Shown here piece by piece: positions 50,866-63,797 of a DNA stretch of 64,000 nt (the stretch's first letter is position 1; the number at the start of each line of letters is the position of its first letter). This DNA comes from Octopus sinensis (lineage: Eukaryota): the NCBI RefSeq assembly GCF_006345805.1, contig NC_043002.1:95914001-95978000 (forward strand). The letters run 5' to 3'. The notes under the pieces were generated by a model. That model was not told where the DNA came from and ran no database searches. It worked only from the letters and a program-made list of their open reading frames with translations. Position numbers and translations under genes: made by a program.

Positions 50866-51273
50866 AGGAATCATCATCATCATTTAATGTCCACTCTCCA
50901 TGCTGGCACAGATTGGATGATTTCAACAGAATCCAAAAAACTGGAGAACCAAATCATGCCTCAATGTCCATTTTGGCATGATTTCTATGCCCTTTCTAAT
51001 ATTAACTAAAGCAGAGTAAATGACCACAGAAACTATAAAACTATTCTTTCTGAAAAAGGTATATGTTAAAAGTGAATGGCAGTGCATCAGCATGGCCACA
51101 ATCTCCAGCTAAAACCAAGAATAGAATTCTACTGTACAAAAATTTAAATATTTTAAAATTTGTTTCTAATTGTACAATTATAACAGTACTTTTAAACACT
51201 CTAATTTAAAAGTATCCTACAGATTTTGAGGATTTTCAAAGTTGATTTTACTCTAAAATAATATCAATTGCAG

Positions 51274-51357
51274 GTAAATTTGAATAAAAAATGTCCTTTT
51301 TGGTATGATGATCATCAATGTTCTTTGAAAGATTGTGCTATAGACAAATGTAAAATG
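51274..51357 (+). CDS. ERO1: ERO1 coding exon 3 (VNLNKKCPFWYDDHQCSLKDCAIDKCKM), outer active site CxxxxC
   Basis: TTGCAG acceptor, ATG|GTAAGT donor, 84 nt. CPFW, shuttle pair CSLKDC and the following regulatory Cys are present. Confidence 0.96.
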
Positions 51358-53329
51358 GTAAGTAAATATAATTTTCTGTATATAATCAACATCTTTTAAT
51401 TTTCATCATCTTATTGGTGTGCATTTCTCAATATTTACAAATGTTTTATTGACCTGCCATGTTGTATAACACCTTTTGTCTCAATCCTATATCTGTCATC
51501 CATCAGGTCCAACACAGTGGCCTCACCGCTTCTTCCCATGTTCTCTTTCATCACCCTCTGTCCCTATTAGTTTCCACTTTCAGTTCACATCATACTTCCA
51601 TCTAGCAAGTGCGACCTATTTGCATGTTCTTTAAGGCATCAAGCTTGCGGAATTGTTAGCATATCAAGCAAAATGCAAAGCGGCATTTTGTCTGTCTTTA
51701 CATTCTGAGTTCAAATTCTGCCAAGGTTGACTTTTCCTTTCATCCTTTTGGGGTCAAGGAAATAAGTACCTGTTGAGCACTGGGGTTGATCTTATTGACA
51801 TATCCCTCCTCTGAAATTGCTGGCCTTGTGCCAAAACTTGAAAGCTGTTTACATGTTTTTTCTAGTGTAGCACATTCCATGTACAAATTACAAATGTACA
51901 AATATATCCTTAGCTCACTTTCATTCAGCCTTTTTACACAAGCTAACATTGTACATTGAACATATCACAACTAACTCCTCATATTTTCCACAGTCAGCAC
52001 TCATGTCACACTAGCAGACAGTGTCACACTTCTTAAAACAATATTTGCATCACCCCTTTTGTACAAGAATAGAAGCCACTTGTTGGTAAAAGAGGTAATA
52101 GTTTCTTGTATTTCTTCTGCTCTTTTTTACACCCTTAGCTACTATAAGAAGCTTGCTCCCCAACCACATTGTTCTTGGCTCACTCCCACTGCTTAGCACC
52201 TTGGAAAAGTGTCTTCTACTACAGCTTTGGGTGAACCAAAGCCTTGTGAGTGGATTTGGTAAACAGAAACTGAAAGAAACCCATCATGTATATATATGTA
52301 TATTTGCGTGCATGTGTGTGCTCCCCCACTGCTTGACAACTGGTGTGAGTGTGTTCATGTCCCTGTAACTTAGTTTGGTAAAAAAAAACACCAATAGAAT
52401 ATGTATCAGGCTTAGAATAAAAATAAGGACTGGGGTTGATTTGTTCGACTAAAATTCTTCAAAGCAGTCCCCCAGCATGGTACAGTATGATGGCTGAAGC
52501 AAGGAAAAAAATGCCTTCGCTATAAATACACTACTCAAAATTTATCATTTGTCTCTACCACTCTTTGAACTCCCTTCAATTACCTATCCTGCATTGAAAC
52601 CATCTCTCTCTAAAGCTTTCCTTTACAACTTTCCCCAACTTTTTACATTTTTTTCTACACCGATACCACTGATGCACAGACCAAATTCTTTGCCATTCTA
52701 AACTGACTGCATGAGTTTGTTTCCCAAACTAGCCAGTGTGTTGAGCATCATGCTAACTCTCCAAACACACTTGACCCTTTTACTCCTCCCTCTTAAACTT
52801 AGCCCCTAACCAACCATCATTGGCTCTACATCCCCAAAATTGTGGCATGCTGACTATCCATGTAGTGAGTGTACTTCACCAATGAACTATTCCAAGACAG
52901 CTAAGGGATTGACTAATAACATCCTCTTTGGTATGTTCCTGAATATTATTCATATAATAAAATCCTACAATTCTAAACCTGCAAGTTGTTCAGTCACAGC
53001 TGCACTGCAGCTTATGGAAGAAGTTGCCATCATCACCAAGAAGTTGATTTCTACAGCTGGATGCCCTTCCTAATGCCAACTATTTTACAGTGTGTGCAAG
53101 GTGCTTTTAACACTGGTATGAGCACTTGTACCTGGTACTGGCACAAGTGCTTTTTAAATGGCATCAACACAGGACTCCTGCAGGCCAATCCTCTTCACCA
53201 GGGTATGCATCCTTTTCACTTCTGCTGTGGAGGACAGATCCTGAGAACAGGTATCTCAGTCTTTTGTCATCTTGTCTGAAAGGTTCAGTGTTCCGAGGTC
53301 ACCCTTCAGTAGTTCCTACTTATTAGTGA

Positions 53330-53580
53330 AGGCACATGGCTTAGTGGTCAGGGTGTTGGATTCAAGATCGTAAGATCGTTGTTTTGATTCCTGAACCAGG
53401 TGATACATTGTGTTCTTGAGCAAAACACTTCATTTCACATTGTACCAGTCCTCTCAGTTAGCAAAAATGAGTAATCCTGTGATGATGGCCTGGCATCCTG
53501 TCCAGGTGGAGGATATATACACCATGGAAACTGGGAAACCAGCCCTTGTGAGTCAGTATGACTTGAGAAGGTAACTTTAC
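53330..53580 (+). mobile_element. CORE-like SINE (head C) + tail 3
   Basis: Head C centre followed by ...CATCCTGTCCAGG...GAAACTGGGAAACCAGCCC...GACTTGAGAAGGTAAC, related to the tail at 11613. Sibling at about 27290-27550 (minus). Confidence 0.72.
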
Positions 53581-55274
53581 TTTTTTTTGGGCTTCCTACT
53601 TACTGTTAATGTTGGTGTACCCTAGTATTTGTACAGTTGTTTTTGTCATTCAAATGTTTCTACAGACAGGTTTTAAACATTGGTATAGCCTGAAAATAGG
53701 CAAGCTGGCAGAATCTGTAGCACGCTGGGCAAAATGCTGAGCGGTATTTCGTCTGCCACTACGTTGTGAGTTCAAATTCCGCCGAGGTCAACTTTGCCTT
53801 TCATCCTTTCAGGGTCGATAAATTAAGCACCAGTTATGCACTGGGGTCGATGTAATCGACTTAATACCTATGTCTGTCCTTGTTTGTCCCCTCTATGTTT
53901 AGCCCCTTGTGGGTAATAAAGAAATAGGTATATCCTGAAAATAAATGTTTAATAATTTTTTTAAACACTAGTGCACACTCCAATACATAGTCATTAGCTG
54001 GAAAATTAATTAGATAAGCTATTATATAGCAGCAATATCCCATTGTTTAAATTATTCTGTTGTCACTGTCTTTTTAATGATTGGGATCTTTCATTTGTTT
54101 TGTTGGTTTCAAATTATGGCATGGGGCCAACAATTCCAGGAGACGGGGTAAGGTGATTACATCAACCCCAGTGCACAACTGGTACTTGTTTTATCAACTC
54201 TGAAAGGCAATCGACCCCAGTGATATTGAGCTCAGAATGTAAAGTCAGAAGAAATTCCACTAAGCACTTCATCTGACATGGTAATGGTTCTGCCAGCTCA
54301 CCACCCTTCATTTGTCTTATTATCAAAGTTTCATGTGTAGTGCGGTTGGTGTTGGTTTCTTTCTGTCTTTTAGTCAAGAATGATGGGCAGTGTCCATGGT
54401 CCTTTACAAGAGTATTCAGTACTGGTTGGAGGACAAGAAAAAGCACCCTCAAACCGAGACCTGGCTAAGATACTTGCAACAAATTGGACTCCACAAAAGA
54501 CACCCTAGGCCCAGGTAGTGGTATCAAACCACACAACAAGCTGTGTGTACCACATAAGATTACTGTTGACATTACATGTTTTCTGTGTAATGTTTATCTT
54601 TGTTTATCGTTTAATTGTTTCAGTCTAGACTACAGCCATGCTGGGGGTACCCCCTTGAAGGATTTAATCAAACAAATGAACCCCGGTGCTTATGTTTCTT
54701 AAGCTTGGTACTTGTTATACTGGATTCATTTTTCCCAACTGCTAAGTTACAAACATAAACAAACCAATACTGGTGGTCAAGAGGTGGTGAGGAACAAACA
54801 CAAAAACACACACACACACATATGATGGGCTTCTTTTAGTTTCCATCTACCAAATCCACTTGCAAGGCTTTGGTCAGCCTAGAGCTATAGTAGAAAACAC
54901 TTGCCTAAGGTGCCTTGCAGTAGGTCTGAACTCAGAACTACGTGACTGAGAAGTAAACTTCTTACCACATAGCCATCCCTGCACCTATAACTTACATGCT
55001 GGTCTATAATTAATATATATATGATGGGTTCCTTTCAGTTTCCATTTATCAAATCTACTCACAAGGCTTTGGTCAGGATACAAAATTGCAAAATAGAATA
55101 TTAGAAACTGAAAAAAGTATTAAAAAATTCATTCCATATTCCACCATTTTCATAATGTAAGACATGTTAATCTTATGTAACAAGTTTTTTATAGTTTGAG
55201 AAATCATCAAAATAATGCATTTAACAAATTTTATTCTATTCAAGTATATACTATTATTTGTTTATTTTACAAAG

Positions 55275-55331
55275 GATGAAATACCTATTGGTTTGAAAGA
55301 AAGCAGCCATCAGGATACTAAGGAAAATAAG
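55275..55331 (+). CDS. ERO1: ERO1 coding exon 4 (DEIPIGLKESSHQDTKENK)
   Basis: ACAAAG acceptor, AAG|GTTTGT donor, 57 nt phase 0. DEIPxGLK matches ERO1 (human DEVPDGIK). Confidence 0.9.
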
Positions 55332-55814
55332 GTTTGTATTATTAGAAAATACCCTATTCTATTTTTATGGAACATTTTATTAATTTTTTTTTTTCAATCT
55401 TTAATGAGTGTGAGAGAGTTGCAGTTATCCAAATAAATAAGGTGGCAAAACAAAATCAACATACCTTGTCACTGGCAAAACAAAATCAACACACTTTGTC
55501 ACTAACCTGAAAGTGTCCAAGACTGAGACACTTAATTTTCAATAGCTGTAGCATAAACATGTAAAACACCCCACTTTAGTTAGCAGATGCTTAACAAATG
55601 TTCTATTTGCTTGTCATACTGAATTCAGCTGGAAGTCAGCATATAGGTTTCAAGTAGACAAAATGGAAGCTACACTGGTAAATCATCCCTGACTTGTTTT
55701 GAAATCAATAGAATCACCCAGAATTTCATCAAGTGATACTTTCAACAATATCAATTGGTAAAGGAAAATACATGAAAGTAAAGACTGGATCATAGTAAGG
55801 CTGACATAAAGAGT

Positions 55815-56051
55815 TACTCTTTTTTTTCTTTACTCTTTTTACTTGTTTCAGTCATTTGACTGCGGCCATGCTGGAGCACCGCCTTTAGTCGAGCAAATCG
55901 ACCCCGGGACTTATTCTTTGTGAGCCCAGTACTTATTCTATCGGTCTCTTTTGCCGAACCGCTAAGTGACGGGGACGTAAACACACCAGCATCGGTTGTC
56001 AAGCAATGATAAGGGGACAAACCCAGACACACAAACATATTCACACACACT

Positions 56052-56083
<32 letters not shown>

Positions 56084-56245
56084 TACGACAGGCTTCTTTC
56101 AGTTTCCGTCTACCAAATCCACTCACAAGGCATTGGTCGGCCCGGGGCTATAGCAGAAGACACTTGCCCAAGATGCCACGCAGTGGGACTGAACCCGGAA
56201 CCATGTGGTTGGTTAGCAAGCTACTTACCAAACAGCCACTCCTGC
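55815..56245 (-). mobile_element. tRNA-derived SINE family D (well preserved)
   Basis: GTAAGTAGCTTGCTAACCAACCACATGGTTCCGGGTTCAGTCCC head, internal (TA)/(TG) tract, GACTGAAACAAGTAAAAAGAGTA tail. Copies at about 24300-24720, 27860-28262, 31008-31400, 44640-45012, 45310-45680, 52150-52510, 54610-54985. Confidence 0.82.
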
Positions 56246-56329
56246 ATTACTTTTATAAAAAATGTCTTAGATAGAATGAGGTTTGAGGTAGTGTTGTATA
56301 TCTGATAAAACAACTCAGAAGTAGTAGCA

Positions 56330-56850
56330 AAGAAAAGGTATTCAACAATTAAAGACATGCTAAGATACTGGGGTCAAGAAGCATGTGAGTTGGCACAGTC
56401 CAACATTGATCTAGTTCATGAAGATGAAATCTTGGCTCCACCACTCAAATTTCTTTGTCATTTAACATAAGCTCCAAAAGTACTGAAGAAAACTCTTTTC
56501 AAACTCCACCTGTCTAACACCCTTGGACATGTTTACAAAGTCAGAAAACAGCACAGCTCCCATGACTTACGGAAACATTTTTTCATGCTAAGAGTTGCTG
56601 AAGCATGAAACAGACTGCCAGCATCAGTTGTTAGTTGTCGGAGCACTGCATCCTTCAAAACTTCCATGCTTCCTGAGATTCGCCAACACTACACCTGATT
56701 TTCTCCCCTCCATACACACGCAAGCATGTATCTGACTCATACACTGTTCGCTTTCCAGACATTTGTACATTACTGCATATACTTTATACGCACTTTTTGA
56801 CAAGTTGTGGTGCACCTGAGCACTGTATACAATAATTTCATTATTATTAT
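56330..56850 (+). mobile_element. CR1-like LINE 3' end with 3' UTR and (ATT)n tail
   Basis: LGHVYKVRKQHSSHDLRKHF..LRVAEA*NRLPASVVSCRSTASFKTSML fits the CR1 terminal pattern RGH..K......R..FF..RV...WN.LP; ends in TTCATTATTATT. Confidence 0.75.
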
Positions 56851-57844
56851 AAAACTAGTGTTTAAAGTACCAATGAATTCTATGAATTCATTATTGTTAC
56901 TTTTCTCGCAAGTGCATTTTGACATACTTCCATTGAAGAGTAGCAGCCACCTATCATAATTATCATTGTTTTCAATATATGTTCCATGTCCACATTTCAT
57001 ACTGGGCTTGGTTTGAAAAAATTCATTGCTGCTCTCTTAAATGGGTCAGGGAACCACTTCTTCCTTCTAAGTTTCATTGTACAGTTGGATACCCTTTCTA
57101 ACACCAACCACTTTACAGAGTTTACAGGGTGCATTTTTTTCAAGGTACCAGACCTAGTGAGATTGTTGAGTTTTCAATAAGACTGCATGCTTCTCCCAAC
57201 TCTATACTTAACAGAATGTTCCAGGTGCATTTTTATCATGATGCCAACACTAGAGAGGATGGCAATGAAAGAGTGATGGATTGCAAGAGGTGAATAAATG
57301 ATGGAAGTGAATATCAAATGGCAGTGAGGAGTGTAGATAGAATGAATGAGATACATGCAGGCCTAATGAGGTCCCTTAAGTATATACTTCAGTGTAGTGA
57401 GAGATAGTAATAAGAACAAGAGAGGGTATGTTGGAGAGAGTCAGATAGGTTCTGTAGTATCCCTTGTGATACTGGAAGCAATATGCAGTGAACTGGGACA
57501 CTCTTACACTTGTACCTCAAATGCTGAAGTTGGAGGTTCAAGCTAAACAAAACATTTTAAATTTCAATAACTGCTGCTTGTTACAAACTAAGATTAAACA
57601 GTGTAATGAAATCCAACATTGCTTTCTAAGCTACCTTTTATGCATATTATTATTTAACTACTGTATATGATGACCCATTTTCTGTATGTATTGTCTTTTG
57701 TGTTGTTAATGTTTATGACATTATTACATTATCGTCTATTTTTGCATTTGGCTTCCAAGATTCTTAATGTGAACTCATGTTGAAACAAATTTAGTTGTAT
57801 CCTGGGAAGGTCATTAATCCAGTGCATATGTTTATTATTCATAT

Positions 57845-58097
57845 AATGGTGCCGGTGGCACGTAAAATACACCAATCCGACCGTGGCCGTTGCCAGCCTC
57901 GCCTGGCACCTGTGCAGGTGGCACGTAAAAAGCACCCACTACACTCACGGAGTGGTTGGCGTTAGGAAGGGCATCCAGCTGTAGAAACATTGTCAGATAA
58001 GACTGGAGCCTGGTGCAGCCTTCTGGCTTCCCAGATCCCCGGTCGAACCGTCCAACTCATGCTAGCATGGAGAACGGACGTTAAACGATGATGATGA
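57845..58097 (+). mobile_element. RTE LINE 3' UTR copy (well preserved)
   Basis: GGTGGCACGTAAAAAGCACC units, GGAGTGGTTGGCGTTAGGAAGGGCATCCAGCTGTAGAAAC core, GGACGTTAAACGATGATGATGA tail. Confidence 0.82.
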
Positions 58098-58238
58098 CCC
58101 TGCCAAGATATCTTAACTGAATTCATAAAGTTTCTGTTTGTAACTTTAAATTCATGTTTTAAAATTATAAATGATTTCCATGCATATTTAAAAAGAAATA
58201 AAACTTTTTTTGTTTTTTTTTTGTTTTTTCATGAATAG

Positions 58239-58315
58239 TATTCAGAAAAGGCCAATTCAGAAGAACACACATGTGAAGAAAAAGTAAAATTGGCTGCATT
58301 AGATAAAACCATCAG
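58239..58315 (+). CDS. ERO1: ERO1 coding exon 5 (YSEKANSEEHTCEEKVKLAALDKTIS)
   Basis: Long poly-T then AATAG acceptor; AG|GTATA phase-2 donor; 77 nt. YSExAN...CE...L..D..S with the regulatory Cys. Confidence 0.92.
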
Positions 58316-59212
58316 GTATATTATAGTGATCTTTCATTTCTATCTATTTAAATATTTATATCTTCGGATAATTTGGCTGTCCATCAGTTACAATGACAAG
58401 GATTCCAGTTAATCCAGTCAACGGAACAGCCTGCTCATGAAATTAAAATGCAAGTGGCTGAGCACTCCACAGACATGTGTACTCTTAATGTAGTTTTCAA
58501 GGAAATTCAGCATGACACAGTGTGTGACAAGGCTGGCCATTTGAAAGACAGGTACTACTTATTTTTGCCAGCTGAGCAAACTGGAGCAACATGAAATAAG
58601 TGTCTTGCTCAAGGACACAACACAGCACCAGGAATTGAACTCATGACCTTATGATCACGAGCTGAATACCCTAACAATTAAGCCACACACCTTCTCTTGG
58701 ATAATTTCATTAAAAAAACAATCAACAGTGAACTAAAAATCTTTTACTTTTCTTTTTTTCTTTCTAATACACTCTGTCATACTCTGATACTTTACAACAC
58801 ACATTTCATAAATATCATTGCCTGTTAGTTTCAGTATATTTTAAAACTTAAAGTATTAAGTTGGGTTAGAAATAACATTAAATTAATGTCAGACCTGTTT
58901 TAATCAAAATTTAGACTATTTTAAGCAGAATTAATGTTGTTACTTTAAAAGTGTGGGGTTATTTTTAAATCTTAACATGTATCACAGCACTATATGCAGT
59001 ACTGTCGTCTCTTAAATTGATTAATGTATGGACAAAAGTGAGTTTTCACAATATAGAGGGGACTTCTGCTGAAATATTTGCATTGAAAGTTATAATTATA
59101 TTATAAGACTACCAATTAAACTTAAATCATGCTTTATAAACATTAATAAATTACTCTTGTTAATATTCAATCCCAGGACTCAGAACTGGTTCCCCAGTTT
59201 CCACAGTATGTG

Positions 59213-59413
59213 CGAGGGGGTGCTGAAAAGTTTTGGTAAAAGAAAATACAAGAGGATCAGTAAATTATAATTTTATGCAACATATTCCCTTCCCAGACTC
59301 ATCGTAGTGATCCTTCAGTTTTTCTAAGCCCTGTAAAAGAACTCAGAATGTTGGGCCTCTAACCAGGCCTTTTGTGATACCTTTAAAGCCAGGAACTTTT
59401 CATCACCCCTTCA
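59213..59413 (-). mobile_element. Mariner-derived MITE, copy 3
   Basis: CGAGGGGGTGCTGAAAAG ... AAGCCAGGAACTTTTCATCACCCCTTCA; same interior as copy 2. Confidence 0.75.
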
Positions 59414-60287
59414 TAAGTGACCAAGATCACAATATTCCTCCTGAACAGGATGCCAGACCATTTCAGGATTACTCATTTACAGCTGAGTGGACTGGAGCAA
59501 CATGAAATGAAATGTTTTGCTCAAGAACACAATGCACTCCCAATCTAGGAATCTAACCTATTTCTTTACTACCCACAAGGGGCTAAACACAGAGGGGACA
59601 AACAAGGACAGACACACGGATTAAGTCAATTACATCGACCCCCAAAAGAATGAAAGGCAAAGTCGACTGCTGCAGAATTTGAACTCAGAACGTTATCTTG
59701 CAATCATGTGTGCAACACTCTAATCACTACGCCACATACCTTCAATGGTGTTATGGATTTTATTATTGTTTTAGTGGTTGCGTGGTTAAGAAGTTCACTT
59801 CACAACCAGTTGGTTTCCAGTTCAATCATACTGTGTGTAACTGGTCAGATAACAGCTGGGTAAAGTAATACCACAGAATGGGATCAGAGTAATTTTGTAG
59901 GACTAAATTTTTATATTGTGTCATCAAAGACAAACACTAGTATAAAAGGAAAAACAAATGTTTTGCATGTCATCACTTGCTCTGCAAGGAATAGCAGCCA
60001 AATATCCCTCAAATTAATTCTCATTTTCTTAAACAAGGAAGGACACATTTGATAACGTGACTCTAGATAAACTTTATTTGGAATAAACAGGATGGTTATA
60101 GATAGAATATCTTTGATTTTAGGTTTGTTCGAATACTAGGCTAAACAGCAATAACAGCGTATAGAAATAATTATATTATAAACATTGCTATCTTTATGTT
60201 TCTTTGTTTTCTTTCTCTTTCTCTCCCAATCCTCTTTCTTTTCTCTGTTTTTTTTTTTTTTTGATTGACTGTTTCATACAATTTCAG

Positions 60288-60361
60288 TGATGAAAGTAAA
60301 CAAGCTTTCCAGAGTTGGTCTGCATTTGATGATGCACAGATGACATTTTGTGAAATTGATG
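60288..60361 (+). CDS. ERO1: ERO1 coding exon 6 (DESKQAFQSWSAFDDAQMTFCEID)
   Basis: TTTCAG acceptor, G|GTAATT donor, 74 nt; phases fit both neighbours. W...DD....FCE.D motif. Confidence 0.94.
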
Positions 60362-60494
60362 GTAATTATTCTAATTTATGTTCAATTATTATAATTAGTT
60401 TTCTCTTTTCTTTTCATAACATGCTTTAAACATTATTTAATCATCATATTGCTTTCATAAAAAAAAAATTTTTATTTTATTTTTTTTATGGTAG

Positions 60495-60615
60495 ATGAAT
60501 TATCATCAGAAATGGAATATGTTGATTTGCTACTGAATCCTGAAAAATACACCGGTTATAGAGGACATTCACCTCATCGTATCTGGAACAGTATATATGA
60601 TGAAAATTGTTTCAA
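60495..60615 (+). CDS. ERO1: ERO1 coding exon 7 ([41 protein letters not shown])
   Basis: GGTAG acceptor, AA|GTACAT donor, 121 nt. Diagnostic [15 protein letters not shown] and IWxxIYxENCF (FAD-binding region). Confidence 0.97.
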
Positions 60616-60720
60616 GTACATTTTATTTTATTTTACTTTCCATATTTTTTTTTGTTATCATTTGAGGGGTGTTTTAAAATTTTATCATTGGCAGATAAAA
60701 TGCTTTGTGATATTTAATTA

Positions 60721-60898
60721 CCATATTTGATAGCATACAAGATGCACTTTTTTCAAAGAAAAATGTTTCAAAAATATCGCCCTAGATCCTATATGCAAAA
60801 TTTCAGCATCCTATAAGCATTTTGCCCCCTAAATATGCTCTGCTGAAATTCCAGTATGTCAAGTAAGCCTGTGCATCTTTTATGCCATCAAATACAGT
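60721..60898. mobile_element. Small TA-flanked MITE (pogo/Tigger-like termini)
   Basis: 24-bp inverted repeat TATTTGATAGCATACAAGATGCAC / GTGCATCTTTTATGCCATCAAATA (22 of 24). Confidence 0.6.
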
Positions 60899-61267
60899 AG
60901 GTATCTTATATTCTGACTTTACTTCCAAACTTGACTATGCTTTTTATTCTCATTAAGTCATTACCTGCCACTATGCAGCTCGTAAAAATATGTGTTAAAC
61001 ATGCACATACCTTCATAAATTGTTCAAAGTGAAAGTTATTTTTAAGGTATGTGTTGCATTGTCTATATGTTGAAAGACATAGAGAAACACACACATACAT
61101 ACAAACAACCCAAAAAATAACCATGTGTTAGGAAGGGCGTCTGCCATAAAAACCCTACCAAAACAGACACAGAAGCCTGGGGCTGTCTTCTACCTGGCCA
61201 GCTCCTGTCAACCGTGCTACCCATGCATACATGGAAGACGGATATTAAATGATGATGATGATGATTA

Positions 61268-61583
61268 ATATGCCGGTGGCACGTAAAAAGCACCATCCAA
61301 ATGTGGCCGATGTTAACGCCGCCTTGACTGGCTTCTGTGCTGGTGGCACGTAAAAAGCACCAACCGACCGTGGCTGCTGCCAGCCTCCCCTGGCACCTGT
61401 GCCAGTGGCATGTAAAAAGCACCCACTACACTCACGGAGTGGTTGGCGTTAGGAAGGGCATCCGGCTGTAGAAACACTGCCAGATCAGACTGCGCCTCGT
61501 GCAGCCTTCTGGCTTCCCAGACCCCAGTTGAACCGTCCAACCCATGCTAGCATGGAAAGCGGACGTTAAACGATGATTATGAT
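61268..61583 (+). mobile_element. RTE LINE 3' UTR copy with three tandem units
   Basis: Same family as 57845-58097; immediately preceded by a second, more degenerate tail at about 61120-61265. Confidence 0.82.
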
Positions 61584-62572
61584 CTTGAGTTCTATCTCAC
61601 TGCAGGAAACCTTGGGCATGTGTCTTCTATTGTAGCTTCAGGCCAACCAACACCTTTGTGAATGGAACTGGTAAATGGAAGCTATATAGAAGCTTGTGTG
61701 TGTGTAAATACATACTTACATACGTGAGACCCCCTCCCCCTTTGGTCATGAATGACCATGAGATTGCACTTAGAAAGTTACCCTTTGGGGCACATGTCCG
61801 GGCAAGGTTGTTTATGGAGAGCGAGCAGTCACCCATGCATACCAGCCTCCCCTCTCCACACCATTGATGTCATCCAAGGCAAAGGCTGATACAGCTTGGC
61901 ACCAGCGATGTCAAAGCTCATTTCTACAGCTGAGTGAACTGGAGCAACATGAAATAAAGTGTCTTGCTCAAGAACACAACACGCAGCCTGGTCCGGGAAT
62001 CGAACTCACAACCTCGCGATTGTAAGCTCCATGATCTAACCACTGAGCCATGCGCCTTCACATACATACATACATATCAAAATTTAGGGAACTGAGTAGA
62101 TAATCCAAGTTACATATGTTTTTTAACTGGCAGAACTTCAGAAATAATAGTTACTCAACGAAGGGTATTCTGTTAGCTACTCATCAGGCCAAAGATACCT
62201 TAGTCAATCAAAGGTTACATTGTTATCAAGTGATCCCACCACCCCCACACACATATATATGAATGTACATGTGTGTGTACACATGTATATCTGAATAGGT
62301 GTTTACATTCTGCATCTTTGCATGAAAGTGTTCTGCTGAAAAAAAATGATGATCTTTGTTGATATTCCTGACAAACTAGTTGTCGTAGCTTTTCAAAAAC
62401 TAGCGGAATAATAAAGTCCATTACTTGTTTTTAATGGGAAGGGCATCTAATTATAAAACAATGTCTCATATTTTACCAACCCATGCTAGTATAAAAAAAA
62501 GATGTAAACCAAATGAACAAACACCAATGCAACTTATGATAGTATACTGTATATCTCTTCATTTTATTACAG

Positions 62573-62616
62573 ACCTAACCCAACTTATGCATATGGTTCA
62601 CCACAACTAAAAGCAG
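62573..62616 (+). CDS. ERO1: ERO1 coding exon 8 (K-PNPTYAYGSPQLKA); gene continues off the right edge
   Basis: TTTTATTACAG acceptor, CAG|GTATGT donor, 44 nt. Completes the split Lys codon (AA+A) and starts with Pro as in the variable loop after ENCFK. Low sequence conservation, so the call rests on splice sites and phase. Confidence 0.75.
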
Positions 62617-63400
62617 GTATGTCAAATTAAATTAATTTTCCTTCAAAAATTATTTTTTTAATGCAAAAACGTTTGAATGTAATGTTTTCCTCCATTTTAG
62701 ATTTTGCATAATGAAATATTAAAATTTATATAAATTTAAGGATGTTGAATATTATTTCAATATGAAGCAAGTGAAATAGATTACATTGAGTCAATCTTTT
62801 CTCATGACTTTTCATGATTTAATAGTTCTGTTTATAACCTGTGATTTGAAACACTTTGTCACAAAGTGCCTATGAAATATTTCTTCATTAGCAAGCCATA
62901 ATGGTAAACTAAAAAATTCAGAATTTTATGGTAACATTAAGCAACATCAAAATAATGGCAATATTCTAAGAAACACATTTTAGCAAAGAAATAGATTTTG
63001 TTTGAAAATCTTACTGCCATACTCTAGCAACTGTTTAGACAATCTTCAACAACTGAAGCTTCCAAGTTCTTGTATTATCATATACATTACTCTCTAATGC
63101 TTGTGTATGAATGGCCTGAAGTAGAATTTACTATATTTCATACATTTGATAGAATATACTATGCAAACTCTAAGGTATTTGTTATCATTTTCAGTCAGGC
63201 TATAGGCTAACGTCTATTGGGATTGGAAGTCTCAGTTTTAGAGATCTTTATTCATCCAAACCTATCTTTGCAGTGGCTAGCTTCATTATCTAAGCGAAAT
63301 TAATTTAATTAGATGATTTTTGCTTTGAAACTATTTGATTATTAAAAATACAGTATTTGAAATATTTGAATTTTGGTAAATGTGATTGAAAGAACAGAAA

Positions 63401-63601
63401 TTATTACCTCCACCTTAGTGAAGGCAGAGGTATAGCTTTCAGCTGTAGTTGTTAGGTTGTCCATGGACAAGATATCTCAAGAACCATCAGATGGATTCTG
63501 ATGAAACTTGCAGAGATGTTTGGCCTCATAACTGGCACAAATTGGTCAGATTTTGAGATAAATCTGGTACCAGACTAGGATTCTGGATTATTTTTCCTTT
63601 C

Positions 63602-63634
<33 letters not shown>

Positions 63635-63797
63635 ACCTAATTTTTGAGAGCAGTCGGATTCATTTTTAGTATTCTCGTTTGTGAGAGCATTCAAGTTTAT
63701 TTCAGATATTCTCATTTTGAAAATCATCTCCAGCTAATCTTTGGGAGGATGTTGGTGTTGCCTTGGTGGAAGTTTGTGCTCTCTGAGTGCTCTTATT
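63401..63797 (+). mobile_element. Helentron/DINE-1-like non-autonomous element (HINE)
   Basis: 5' TTATTACCTCCACCTTAG sub-TIR with adjacent hairpin, 3' CCTTGGTGGAAG sub-TIR followed by stem-loop GCTC-TCT-GAGT; no TSD. Architecture only, no coding evidence. Confidence 0.5.

Noticed and set aside
60616-60625. Unusual donors (GTACAT after ERO1 exon 7, GTATAT after NDUFAF7 exon 1) as U12 introns
   Set aside because: Neither matches GTATCCTT; they are weak U2 donors.
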